From the NCBI GenBank assembly GCA_904063045.1, contig CAJFCJ010000011.1:992001-1056000 (forward strand): a DNA stretch of 64,000 bases, given 5' to 3'. This DNA comes from Dimorphilus gyrociliatus (Eukaryota > Animalia > Annelida). The translations under genes were made by a program, and so were the position numbers. The number at the start of each line of letters is the position of its first letter. Positions within the stretch are counted from its first letter, which is position 1. Below, one piece after another: positions 12,701 through 26,000 of this stretch. A model generated the notes under the pieces. That model saw nothing but the letters and a program-made list of their open reading frames with translations, searched no databases and was not told where the DNA came from.

Positions 12701-15210
12701 GAATGGTCAGCCCCGGAATCCTTATTGCAAATTGCATATGATTCCAGAACATCGGTAAGTAGAAATCGTTAGAAAAATAGAATGCCTCTTACTAGCTGAA
12801 GTTATATTTATTTAAATTTAATTAGAGCTCAAACGGGCAAGCAAAAACAACGAACGAAAACTGTTGCCGCTTCGTTAGAACCGAAATGGAACACCTCTTT
12901 CGTCTACCACCCTTTCAAGGAGTCAGATGTTCATTCGAAATCCTTAGAGGTCACTGTCTATGACTACGACCGAATTGGATCAGGGGAATACGTTGGGGAG
13001 GTTCTTATTGATTTGAGTAGGGCTAACCTATCAGATAAACCTGACTGGTATAAGTTAATTAATCAAGAAACGGAGAGTATAACATCTTCGATAACCGTAA
13101 GTATTTACAATTCTCTTCTTCTATACCACTTCTCATTCTCTTTAATCAAACCTACAGAGTTTGCAGAGGAGAGGAGATCATCTTTCCCCTCCCATGTCGG
13201 TTACCAGGTTAAGCGACAGTGATTTATCTGAATGCGAATACGACGAAAACGCTGCAGGTAAATTATCCATTTTTGTTGTTAATTTATTCCCACAGTAGAT
13301 GTTGTTAATTAAGAAAAGAATAGAAAAATGAAATATTAATTTGTGAAAATACATAATGTACATATTTGTCGTAGCAGAAGTTAAATTTATGGTAGTTAAA
13401 CGATCATTTATCCAATTTAACACAGTGGCTTATTTAATGTTGTTCATCATTAATGTTGTTCAAACCTGCCCCTGCAAGATAAATTCTTTTATATAATATG
13501 GTTACAAATTATTCAGGGAGAATTCGAAAGGTGCTGCCACCTGCTGGCGACGGACTTAGCCTAAGCTCATCTTGCAGTGAACTACAAGGTTGTTATAGAG
13601 AAGGACGCAGAGAAATCTATAGATATAATTTTTTAAAAAATGTTCATTTGATTAATGATATACCATATGTTTTAATAACTATAAAAAGAAAAACTTTAAA
13701 AACTAAATGACTATTGGTAGAGACTAGGATCAGTTTTCTACATTTTTAAAAGGTTATTATTTATACATTCATACGTTTTGCAGATCCAATATTCGAAAAT
13801 TCTAGATCTCGTAAACATTCGTCGCAATCTGCCGATAAATTGAACATCCCGTCAAAAACTTCGAATCCGTTACCCAGAAAACCACGCTCAGTGTCTCCAA
13901 CTCGTCCACAACGCCACTCAGAACCTTCAATGGGATCGTCTACTAAACGTCGTCATCTTCCCCAAATTCCAGCTCTCGATCATGGTACGCAGTTAGAGCA
14001 ACGGGCAAGAGAAATGAAAATGAAGATCCGACAATCAGTTTCTACGCCTGTTTCCGATAGTGAAGGATCTTGTACAAATCGCTCTAGCAAGAGCGCTGAG
14101 GCGGCTGTTCAAAGGACATTACCCCCAACACCACGCGTCGTTCAAAATCGACGAGTGTATGAAGACGACGCAAGGTCAGATGTTTCAGAGACGTCGGACG
14201 TATCTGAAATGAGTAAGATGAGCATAAGATCGACGCAAAGCGAACGTCCGAGACGAAAGCTCTCGGAATTTGCTAGCCAAATGGAACAGAGAGGCTCGAG
14301 GGTGGTTGGTCCTCGTGGGGCCATCATTAACCGCTCTCAATCCAACACCGACGTCATAAGGGCTGACATGGAGAAAAACGACGGTAGTATCTCTGATTCT
14401 GCAATCGCGTCTTCCAAACTAGCAGCACCTACAAGACCTCATCGGAAAAGGAGGCCTTCATTAGGCTACAAGGTAGCTGCCTTAGTTGGTTTATCAAGTA
14501 GGAAGAAAAGTTCCAGTACTTCCTCTCTCGTTCAGCAAAGAAATCCTAAGGATTCGGCCAGTTTTCAAAGAAGTGAGGAGGTGGGGGCAGGAACAGATAT
14601 GCTTACACGGCAGACAAGTAAAGATTCAAATGATGGTAGTATTAGTTCTGATGGTTCAAATGCTATGTGGCTTCCAGCTGGCATGAGAATAGGGCCTGAA
14701 GGGCAATTCGGTGATTTTATCGATAAGCTAGGTCCATCTCAACTGGTTGGTAGGCAAGTGCTTGGTTCGGCTTGTTTAGGAGAAATTCAAATGGGCTTAT
14801 CAGATAGGAAAGGACGGCTAGAAGTTGAAGTGATACGAGCAAGAGGACTTTTATCTAAGCCCAATGCCAGGGTTCTACCTGCTCCTTATATTAAAGTTTA
14901 TTTAATGGAAGGAAAACAGTGTACAGAAAAGCAAAAAACAGATCCGGCAAGAAGGACTCTTGACCCACTTTATCAAGTTCAATTGACTTTTAACGAACCG
15001 TATAAGGGCAAAATACTGCAGGTAACTGTCTGGGGTGATTATGGTAGAATGGATAGGAAAGTTTTTATGGGAGTTGCACAAATACTATTAGATGACTTGG
15101 ACTTGTCAAACATCGTTATAGGATGGTACAAGTTATTTCAATCTAGTTCCTTAGTCGGTCATGCGACACATTCAGCCCGTCGAAATTCAACCGAACCGGC
15201 AAAGTTGTGA
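5599..15210 (+). CDS. RIMS: Rab3-interacting molecule (RIM/unc-10): RabBD-zinc finger, PDZ, C2A, PxxP, C2B
   Basis: Exons 5599-5729 (PDLSHLTEAERKII), 8007-8232 (CQIC..KTKFADGVGH..CSRCGG), [8903-8929], 9308-9836, [10362-10444 or 10988-11178], 11726-11834 (HPVRWEVS), 12159-12393 (PDZ, LKVTGGK), 12461-12754, 12826-13096 (C2A), 13158-13257, 13517-13588, 13784-15210 (RHLPQIP, C2B: APYIKVYL, VWGDYGRMD). Splice phases are consistent. Confidence 0.95.
6348..6785. repeat. Cluster of (TA)n microsatellites in RIM intron 1
   Basis: Long TA runs at about 6348-6392, 6555-6605 and 6733-6780. Confidence 0.9.
8903..8929 (+). CDS. Candidate 27-nt RIM microexon (GGKMVHTGQ)
   Basis: Acceptor tcttttcag, donor CAG|gtaaga, phase 0/0, stop-free; lies within the zinc-finger coding region. 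Confidence 0.6.
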
Positions 15211-15383
15211 CGAAGAATAATCATGCAGATTCTCTATAGTTCTTTAATTTTTGCACTCTCTTATACCGAGAACTCGTTCGAGGGTTTTTGTACGGTTCAT
15301 CTGTAGATGGATAGATGACGTAGTTACAAAAAATATAAGTGTATATACAGTATATGTTAATACTATACTGCCTATATATTTAA

Positions 15384-15387
<4 letters not shown>

Positions 15388-15420
<33 letters not shown>

Positions 15421-15460
15421 TATATATATATATACAATATATATATAACATATATATCAT
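15388..15460. repeat. (TA)n microsatellite in the RIM 3' UTR
   Basis: Visible TA run. Confidence 0.9.
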
Positions 15461-16127
15461 ACATCCAACAAATGTATTCTCATGCTTATAAATGACTAAG
15501 AAAAGTATGAAAGTTCTTTGACTCTAGTTGATGTAATAGTGCAAACTGTCCTGCAATGGTGCACCCTTCAAAAACAAACAAAAAACATTAAATATGCTTT
15601 CCAGCCGTGTGCTAATATAAAACAACTCACCAAGAGGAGAAGCCCAGCGAGAAAATAGAAGATAAACAGTTAACAGATATATAAAATGTTCAATTTTAGG
15701 AGTAACAATTCAGTTTTTATACATATCAACATTAGATGACATATAAAAGAAATAGGAAGAAAAAAGACTTTAAAAGTGAAGATACAATTTTCTCTCGCTC
15801 CCTCCTCTTCTGCATACTGTACTCTAAAAAACTTTGCATATCCATAACTATCCACTTTTTGTGGGCAAACAGTTGACATTGATAAACTAAAGAACTCTTT
15901 TGCCTACAGTAGACATAGAGTTGTATACATCTGTAGACTATACTAAGAAAATACTCTCCTCTCAAAATTTACAAAGGATATTAGAACCAAAAAATAACAC
16001 AAAAGGAATTTATCACTTTCTGCAGATTTCAGCGTATGACGACCCTCGGCAAGTGATGATGCAATCTCATGCAGACTCTTTCTCTTTTCTCTCTATCTCT
16101 GTACAGTGCCCTCTCTCTATTTTCGCC

Positions 16128-16158
<31 letters not shown>

Positions 16159-17225
16159 TTGGTTCGTTGTTTGTTTCGTTCTTTTTTTCTTATAGGCAAT
16201 AATTGAATGTGTAAAGGGAAAAAAAAGAAAAAAATGAGAAAAATTCAAGAAATTATCATGTTTATAACTAAAAAAAAACGAAAAGATAAGATATATCGAG
16301 ATTACTTTTTAATGATACAAGAGGAAGTCTTCAAAATTCTTTTTTTTTTTTTGGAATGAACGCGTTTTCTTCGGATGTAGAAAGAAAAATATTTTTTTTC
16401 CTAATGCAGAAAAGTTTCATTCTTTCTGTCACGTCAGTGCCTGTAATTCTCTCTATATACTTCTTTCACTCTTTATGTATATTTTTTTATTTGATAAAAA
16501 AAACTTGTATATTAAACAAACAATACGTTATATAGAAAAAAAGACGAACTTGTTTTATTACTATTATTTTAATTATTATTAATGAGATAAATAAGGAAAA
16601 GATGTTATATGCCTGTTTATTGAAGTATTATTAATTGATTATTAATTGATGCATTATTTTCTTTCACTCCTTTTTTTCCTTAAAATTCTATTATTATGAA
16701 ATATGCAAAGAGGGTTATTAGTTCTCTTTCAGCCTAGATAACTCGTTGTTATAAACAATAATCAACTATCTGATCTATGGTCTCAAAGAAAGAGTACAAA
16801 TTAAGTCTAGGCCTATGATAAAGAAATATAATCGAAATATTAAGCCCTTTGAGTACAATCCTAGCTGTAGGTTACTCATTAGGCGATCGAATGAAATCGA
16901 TTTACAGCTTCCATTCGATTTATTAATTTTTCTTTTTATGGCTAGAGTTAAAATGGTCACTCTCTTTACTTGAATAAAATCGGTCGAGAAGCACTTAACT
17001 TTTCTATACGCCAATTCAGCTAAATCAAACTAAAACACTCTTAAACGACTGGGTGCTTTTTCAAGCTTAAAGAGAGTCAAATTTTAAATGACCAAGTACT
17101 ATAAACCATATAAAATAATTAAAAATAGATTTATTGAAAGATAATTTTCTTGTTTTTTTTTTCATTATTAAAAGTATAAAATATACATTAGATGGAAAGA
17201 GTTTAAGAATGGCGATAAAAAACGA

Positions 17226-17654
17226 CTAGGCCTCATCCTCGCGCTGTTTAATATTTTGAACATGTGAACTATTCTGGCGAGCTATTTCATCTATGGCGGC
17301 GTCATCGAAAACACTGGAGGTATCATCTTCACAATCGCATTGCAGAACTTTGATAAAATCACTCTGTTCTGAATGACTTGAGCTATCTCCAGCTGGCTTA
17401 GAAGACTTTAATGGCGGCAAAAACTTAATAGAGCTGTGCGATCTATTCTTTTGGTATTTTTCTTCAGAGGCTAATTTCATTGCGAATTGGGCTTCCGGTG
17501 AAAGGGTAGACGAGAAACGATATTGTTTGTGCCTTCTTGATTCGTCCAAACTCCACAAGCTAGCTCGACGTTCGGTTTTGAATCGGCGAGCCCGCTGAAA
17601 CTGTTCCAATTCATAGCGTGTTAGATTGAACGCTTGGTCGGAATTTCTGGACAT
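17226..17654 (-). CDS. Uncharacterised 142-aa single-exon protein
   Basis: ATG-to-stop ORF with higher GC than its flanks; convergent with RIM; no recognisable domain. Confidence 0.7.
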   Translation of the reverse strand: MSRNSDQAFNLTRYELEQFQRARRFKTERRASLWSLDESRRHKQYRFSSTLSPEAQFAMKLASEEKYQKNRSHSSIKFLPPLKSSKPAGDSSSHSEQSDFIKVLQCDCEDDTSSVFDDAAIDEIARQNSSHVQNIKQREDEA

Positions 17655-20600
17655 ATTGAAGCTTTTCCATTTAGAACTGTTTCAGTGAAAGTAGTTTCAA
17701 AATATATTTATAAAATAGATAATCCGTTTTTTTGTTGGGATTAAATTTACCAAAGCGCACACTATGAGTTTAAAGCGATATTTCCCCATATCATATTTCA
17801 ATAAATCGATCGTCAGATACACAACTTGAAAAGCCTTCGTGTTGAAAGAAATTTAAAATAATTGTCGTTAGCTATTTCGTTATCTATAAACTCTTGGATA
17901 CAATTTATTTTATCTTATCTCATGCGCATACAAATGATTTATTGACTGAACGGTTTTTTTTTTAAAAAAAAAAGTAAAATAAAAATTACAATCTATGAAA
18001 CTTATTTTCTTACGCACTTATTCACTGAAGTTAAAAGGACTATATTAATTGGATTTTACTAATTGATATGAACTAAATGGAAGCTAATTTTAAAAAGATA
18101 AATTGTTTTATTTTAGCCGATCGAAAAAGAAAGACTTAATAAAATAATCATGATAGAATATTATGATTGTGATACTAATGATAAAGGAAAAGTTTTCCAA
18201 GTACTTACAGTGCAGCTAAATTGGAATTATTTCGAACACAAATTTTATTAAAAAGTTAATCCATAGGATTGACTTTTTATAAGAGAAAACAGCATGCTAA
18301 ACGTCCACTGCTTATCTAACAACAACCGAATCGAAAATCAATTACTTATTATACTTACTAGTAAAAAACGCCACCTGCTTTAACTGTACTTCTTAATTTT
18401 TTGTTTCCATTTGCGCCATCTATAGTCTATAACGATACTTTATTTAATATTAATTTTAGTGCTGAGACTATATTTGTAAATTCTCGACTTAAATTTACAT
18501 ATAAATAATCTAAAAAATATTTCGCTTAGAGATTGTTATATGCTCGAAAAATTTTTACTCAGTAGAACCTAATCTTACGGGAATTAGACGTAATTTGGTA
18601 TTGAGTATTTAACTTTCTGTATTTCCTACTTAAACGAAATGCTAAACCCATACACAAACAATACAATCTTACAATCCCCTCACAATTAAATAGGCCTAAG
18701 GTGTAGCTTTTCTTTTTTAAGTGTTCGGTAATTGCTAAATGTTTTATTGGTCTATTATTATTTGAAAGTCTTCTTTATCATTTTCTTTGAATTATTCAAG
18801 AAACTCTGTTAGTTCTCCGTATCGATTTTCTGACCAGTTAGGTTTGAAAAGGTTGTTTATTTATTAATACACATCGTCTACGTAGTTCTCACGCTTCATT
18901 TTTTATTCATTTGTTAAGAGAGATTAAGTTCGACTAATTAAAATTAATAAATATAACAGATGGCGCAACAGTCTACCTAACAACGTGGAGAGAAAAGTTT
19001 CTAAAGTAGAGAGTAAGTTAAATGTATTTATTTTTATTGAAAATAAAGAATATTCGAAAGAGAATTTAAATTAAAATATATAAGCATTTTGCGTGAAATG
19101 TTTACATAAGCATTTTACAAACATACAACAAGGTCAATACAGAGATACTCTAATAAAACAATTAGATATGAGATAAACTGTAGTAATTGATGTAGAAGAG
19201 CAAACTGTTTATAAATACATGTTGTTGGATTCCTAATAATAATAATTAGTAATACTCTGAAAGAACTTACAGGTAAGATATAATTACGTATTCCGATAAC
19301 TTTCATTTACAATAAGTGTTGAGAGAGGAATTTTAAGCAAATAGAATACATTCTCATCAAAATAAAGTTATGAAGTTGTATTGCACGCTGAATATATATG
19401 TATAAATGTATTTATAGAGCATCAGATTGTATATATTCAGTATATATTTATAAACGCTGTTTTTTAAAAAAACAAAGATCTATTATGCAACTTTCAACCC
19501 ATGAAAGTCAACAAAACGTCAGACAACAATTAAAAATAACACAGTTGAGAATAAGATATCAAAAAGTAGCACTATAGTACCATACTCTAGTAATTAATGA
19601 ATGAGTATATTTTTCGATTGACGATATAACCCCTACAACACCTATTCCTGTTTGTGAGTGTGAGTTGTAGTTTTGAGGGGAATGGTAACCAGCTATCATG
19701 GCGATTGTGTGATATACCTCCTCTATGCGGCTCTGAGTTTTTTGAGTATTTTCTCATTTCACTCAAATTTTAAGGTTTATATATGTTCATTTGTTATATA
19801 TATCGTTTAAGTTATTTAATCATTCTTTGTAAAAATATTTTTGTCGTGTTAAAGTGTGCGTTGTGTGTTATAACTTTATATTACAGTTTTATTCACGTGT
19901 TGCAGGAATTTTTAGAAAATTCAGGCGTTATTTTTTAGTATTATACTCTTCGTCTATGACGTTTATATTGCTGTACTAATTTAAATAAGTTTATGTAAAT
20001 TTAGCTATAGAAAATTTAAAACTTTAGTAAAAGTATAACTCAAAAATACTAATAATTTAATAGTTTTCTAGTCGAGAAAAGCATAGAAGTGTCAGTGGAA
20101 AGTGTCGACGGGACTTTATTTAGACATGAATTGCTAATTAGGATATTAAAAGGAAATAAATTTATAAAAAATAAGTCTGATTTAATTATCAATGAATTTC
20201 AACAGATGCTACAACCTATGGTGGCATGTAAACTATGAATCCATAGCAATAGATTACAGTGTTAAGATTACATAATTGAAAATGATAAAATGCATATAAT
20301 TAGTTCATATGGATATATAACGGATTTGAAACAAGTATAGACAGACCGCATGAATGCAACAGGCCAATCAGAGACGGCTGGCAGAACACGTATATTCTTA
20401 TAAATTTATTGTACAGGTTTACAAGAAACAATATTAGGCCGTTTTTACTACTAAATTTTAGTACGGTATATTTGACAAATAGTCTAGACTAGAGATATTA
20501 GAAAAATTTCTGCGGTCTTTGACATAATTCTTATTTGAAATAGAATTGAATAATAATTGTTTTGATAGGAATCACTGCAATGACATACTACATATTTAAA

Positions 20601-23083
20601 GTTTATCTTAATGAGATGAAACAATTCAAGGAAAATTAAAGATTCAAATTTTTCCATCTTGAATGATAACTCCAACTTTTCATTTTTATTTTACAGATTT
20701 ATAATTATTTTATTAAGATCGCTGAATAGATTATAAATATTTTTATATTCCCTTTTTCTCTTTTTGGAATAGATAGAAATTGAAAAGTGAAACAAAAACA
20801 ATCTGATATTTTCACAAGGCAAATGTCAAGTGCTGTCAAACACCGAAAGGCGTAAACAATTTGAATATTGCCATATGTAGACAGAGGTGAAGATTGAATA
20901 TAATATTTAATGTTGAAATAAAAAATATTCATCATACCTTTACTTTTTAAAACTTTAGATAATAAATGTAAAAAGTTTGGCTAAAATGTCTTCAGTACAG
21001 TATATTCCGAAATATAAAACAATTAATAGATCATAATTAGATCTCGAGATATTTTTTGTCTTTTTTTAATAGTGTTACAACAGCTTAAAATAAATATCGC
21101 CTTAGGCGTTTTGTTTTAAAATGATAGCCCATTCTTTAAGAATATTTGATTTAATTATGTTTTTTATGGTTTATAATATTCATATGTATTTTTTATATAA
21201 CTTTTAACAATATATAAGAAAACTTTAATAGGAATAAATGTAGTACAAGGCAATCAATCACCTACTTATTGTTTTCTTTGTTTCAGCAGCGCCTCTGCCT
21301 CTGAAATTGATGCTAAGATTTGCCATTTTCGCTTGCTTAGCTGCTGTTATCTTCTAGAGTGCAGGTAACTAAAGATATATATTTTTATACCAATTATTTG
21401 TTTATTACGGATTTTATACTTTTGTTTACTACAGTTTTTCGGACGTTTTTATTCTTTATTTTAAATTAATAGTAATCAATTGTATAATAATTATATAGAT
21501 ATTTCAAGCTAGTTTTAGTAAACATTATTAATAACTTTATCAAAAGGGCAATATTAAAAAAGGAAGATTATTCTTTCTTCTGTAAACAATAAACTTTTTG
21601 TTTAATGTAAATAAAGAATTTGTAAATGTACAACTTTTATGAACCTTGAAAAAATAATATTTAGCATAGGCTTGTGTAATTTTGTCGTAATGTTCGTTTA
21701 TTAAGTTAAATAATTATATTAGATTATAGTCTAAATGGCTATCTATGGTCTGGCAATTTTTTCCCAGTATTATATATTTTAACATACTTATACAATTTCA
21801 ATTATTTTAACTTGTAATATTTTACCGAGATATAATCAATTCTACAAAAGCAATAAAATATTTCTTGTTGGTTTAGACTATCAGCAATTGTGAAAAATAG
21901 TACTTCTGGAGACAGATAAAGTTCTTTTAGAATATACACCTTAAACTTGTTACATCTATCAGGTATGACAAATGATAATATAATTAAGAACAAAACATAA
22001 GGCTTTATTTTCCTATTCTGAACCTATTTTTTTGTTCTACAGTATATAGACTTTTTCTTATTGTAAATTTATTTCAATATTTCTCTACCAGTTTAACAGT
22101 GACAAATTTTCCATAAAAAGTTGTAATCAACGCTTTGGCGTTAAGTAATAGTTATTGCAAAGTTTCGTATAATTTAGTAAAAAATTGCACAAAGCTAACC
22201 ATCTTCTGACAGATGTCTTGTATCGATTTTTTAAATAAATATACTATAGATACATATAAGAAATGCGCCATAGTATATGCTTTTTATACATAAATATATA
22301 TATATATATCTATATACAAATAGTTAAACAGAGATATATTTGCATATTTTTAGATGAGTTCGTAAGTGCGTACGTATGTATATGTATGTGTTACTTTTGT
22401 TATTATTATTATTATTATTATTGCGATAATCTGTCGTTTGAAGAACTATCTAGAATGTTAATATAACATATTTTAATAAGTATTCAACACGTTTTTTTCT
22501 GTTTAGTAAAATGTATAAATTTTTTAAATAATATCTTCATTCAATACTTAATTTTCATATTTGTACACAATATTTCTTATTGATTTAAGCAAGAATGAAG
22601 TATTAGTTTCTACGATATGTTAATTATAGAAAAATAATCTTTTTGTTGTTCATAAAGGATTAGAAATATCTATTATTAAGAAATAAAAGGAAATAAATTT
22701 GGATTTCTTTGGCATTTTTATGCAATATTAAATCTATTAGAAAAAATTTCAATCTGTCGTATTTAATTCAAGGATTAAATAATAAAATATGTTGTTTTTT
22801 AGATAAATTTGTAACCTATAGACATTTTTGTCTAAATTATTTGTGCAAGCTCTGTTCAGCTATTTAATCTTTGTCTGCCTTAGATTTCAATAAGAATTAG
22901 GATAGAACAGAAATTTTTAAATAGAATTCTAATTGACTTCCCTCAAATTAAATTTGCAAACGATTGTTAATAACTCTTATGCTTTTACAGAAACTTATTG
23001 CTTCTTCAAAAATTCAATAAATATCATCCTTGCCCAGAGTGGTAAATGATCTAATAATATCATTTATATAATATATAAACAAA

Positions 23084-26000
23084 ATGGGAGTTAAGGAAAG
23101 ACTTTGTATGAATCGATCTTCGAGAGAAGAACGGCAAAGTAATTGCGAGGAGACCCAAAACATCAATCAGGAAAATGTAGTAAACGAGGAGCCTGCTGAA
23201 CCTGGACGAATTAAATGGTCGTCGCCAACAGAATTTATGTTAACTTGCATTGGTTACAGCGTTGGTCTTGGAAATGTATGGAGGTTTCCTTACTTATGCT
23301 ATAAATCTGGAGGAGGTAAATTACATCTAAATATTCTTAATTCTTTACGCAAATTCTATAGTAAATCATCTTATAGATGTTTAATTATTTCTTTGCTAAT
23401 TACTCTTGACAATAATCTCTTTGTTAAGACAAAACAAATATAAATACACATAGTTAATATTATATTCACATACATGTAACTACAACCTCTATCACATCTT
23501 ATCTATTTGAATAAGCTATCATTTACTTTACATTTCTTTATTACAGGAGCCTTCCTTATTCCGTATATGATCATGATGGCTCTTATTGGTTGTCCAGGAT
23601 TATTCTTGGAATATTCATTTGGTCAATTTTGGGGAATTGGCGGATTAACTATATTCAAAAAAGTTTGCCCTTTATTTCAAGGTGGGTTTCTAATAATTTT
23701 TCTACAACAGCCTATTCAATTTTGTCCATGTGACGACACTTCACCATAGGCCTTTAACTTTTTCAAATAAGCATTTCGAGTATTTCTACCCATTTACCAT
23801 AAAATCTATATTAAGCATTTTTGAGGTGAAAACTATTGTAAAGCCTTTATGAATGAATATATCTTTCGCAGCTAACAAGTATAGCATACGTGAGGTCAAT
23901 GTCAGTAGAGCGTAATTCCTTATTTGAATTGAATGGAACTGTCTGATTTTGGCAAAAGCAAATAATTCAATTAGTTTCTCCCTTTCAAAAGCTGAGATTT
24001 GTCTCATTTTAGTAAAAGAATTCAATTAATATTTCTCTGATTCGTAAGCACAAGACTGAAACATGATACGAATAATTACGAAAGGTTTTCCTCTCTTTGT
24101 TTACATTAGCGGAAGACGACACACGAATATATGAATGATTATACGTCGTCCATTTTGACAAATAAGTTGATTCACTTCCTTCTCTAGTCACGGGAAAAAC
24201 AACAGTTAAAAGACTTCTTTACATTTCTTTTGAACTTGTAAATTATATCATAAAAAGTTCATTTCAATTTAAACATTGAAAATATGTCTGAAATTATATC
24301 AATGGAACGCTAAGGATTATGCTGTTTTCAATTTTGCACTGTTACTACAACATTGATTTATGTAGGTCAAAAGCCTTATTCTCTTTATAAAATGCACACC
24401 TCCCCTCTCGTATGCTTTAAAAGCTTAAAATATTCTTCTGAAGATCTTAAAGTGTCATCAAACATATTTTTTTTCGTCTAATCCTAGCTATATCCTTTTT
24501 TTTATTTAAATAATAACAGTAGATGTATTAATTTACAAAACCAAAATTACACTGTTTTATTGAGGCGGCTAAGTTCAATCATTTCATCCGGTTTTAATTT
24601 ACCATTGTTAAAACATGCCATTAAGTATAATCCTATAAATATTCGTTTTAACAGATTATTTCCGTTTTCCAAGATTATTTCTGCTTTGACCTTAAAACTG
24701 CGCGTTGGTTGGTTCTTTATTGCCTTTTTCAATGAATTGCTCACGTTATATGCCTCTAGGCAAATTACACGACACGTATTTGTCACCATGACACAGAATT
24801 TTAGTAAAGAGATTGTAAATTTTATTTTATTGACTAGGCAAGACAAAACGTTTTTATTTAGTAAGCTCGACACTATACTCCGCCGGCAAAAATATCAATA
24901 AATGCCAACACAACTGTTTAAATTAAAAATGACGTTTCAAAAAAAAAGAAGTATATACAGAATATTTTAATATATAAAAATGTATTAATTTTAACTGTTC
25001 CACATATTTCTGACTCAGAGATCATTTTTTGAGAACAATTTCTTTTTTATTTTCAATCACCTATTGTACATTTAGAAATTATTAACAGTGCTATTATTCA
25101 TGTATTTTAGCTGTAAAGGAAGCTACTTTCTAAAGAATATTAAATACGCTGTCTCGAATGAGAATATATACCCTCTTCTTTGTTTTATTAATCCTTGAAA
25201 AAGTTGCTTAGTTACAATATCGATTAGAGTTGTATACTCTTGAAGATCTTGTTCTGAATCGTTGAAACGTTTTGCCTCGTATTAATTTTTGTTACGCTTT
25301 TACAATCGTTCTCATATGCCCTAGCCAAATCAATAGTCTTTTACCCTTCCGTTAATCAATAGTCGACCTAGTGACCTATAAAAAGTCTCATTTTACAATG
25401 AAACCTAATTGAACTATACACTCATTTCGTTGATCAATGACTTTGGCCTATATAGACTATTGAATAGTAATAACTTTCGATTTTTTTAACTCGTCCTAAT
25501 CGTCTGCTCTTTGACGTAATCATGTATATATTCAATATAAACATATGTGACCTACTTATTGAGGGGGCGTTTCATCAATGCACCTTTTTACTACGTCTTA
25601 AATAAGACTCGTGTCACCTTATCAAATTAACAATCTTTTTCATCTATCTTTTACGACTTTTGTATAAGAATGTCCTATAATGGAGTATAGTATAGATGTC
25701 TTTTATTATATTTTTATTTAGTTTGTTGAAATATGATAAGGAATTTTTGAGAGAGCAAAAAAAGCCCCGTCAGATTTATGTGTAGTTGAGCAGGAGGGTG
25801 GGGGGAACTGTTACCGCCTTCGACAACAATATCAGCATATAATTTTTTCTTTACTGTATGATATTTTTAGATTCAGGTTAATAGGATTTCGGAATATTTC
25901 GAAGAATTTTTTAAACTTTATAGCAGACGAGCGAAGTAGAGTTTTTTTAGTTTGACAGAGAGTGGAAGAGATAGTGCATCGCACTTAAATTATCATGTAT

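Noticed and set aside
9279-14686. Alternate-frame and antisense ORFs overlapping RIM exons (9279, 9579, 13013, 13178, 14142, 14486)
   Set aside because: Shadows of the real coding frame.
23786-24025. Minus ORF whose start ([15 protein letters not shown]) loosely resembles a Tc1 transposase N-terminus
   Set aside because: No HTH/DDE continuation, and no terminal inverted repeats or target-site duplication found.
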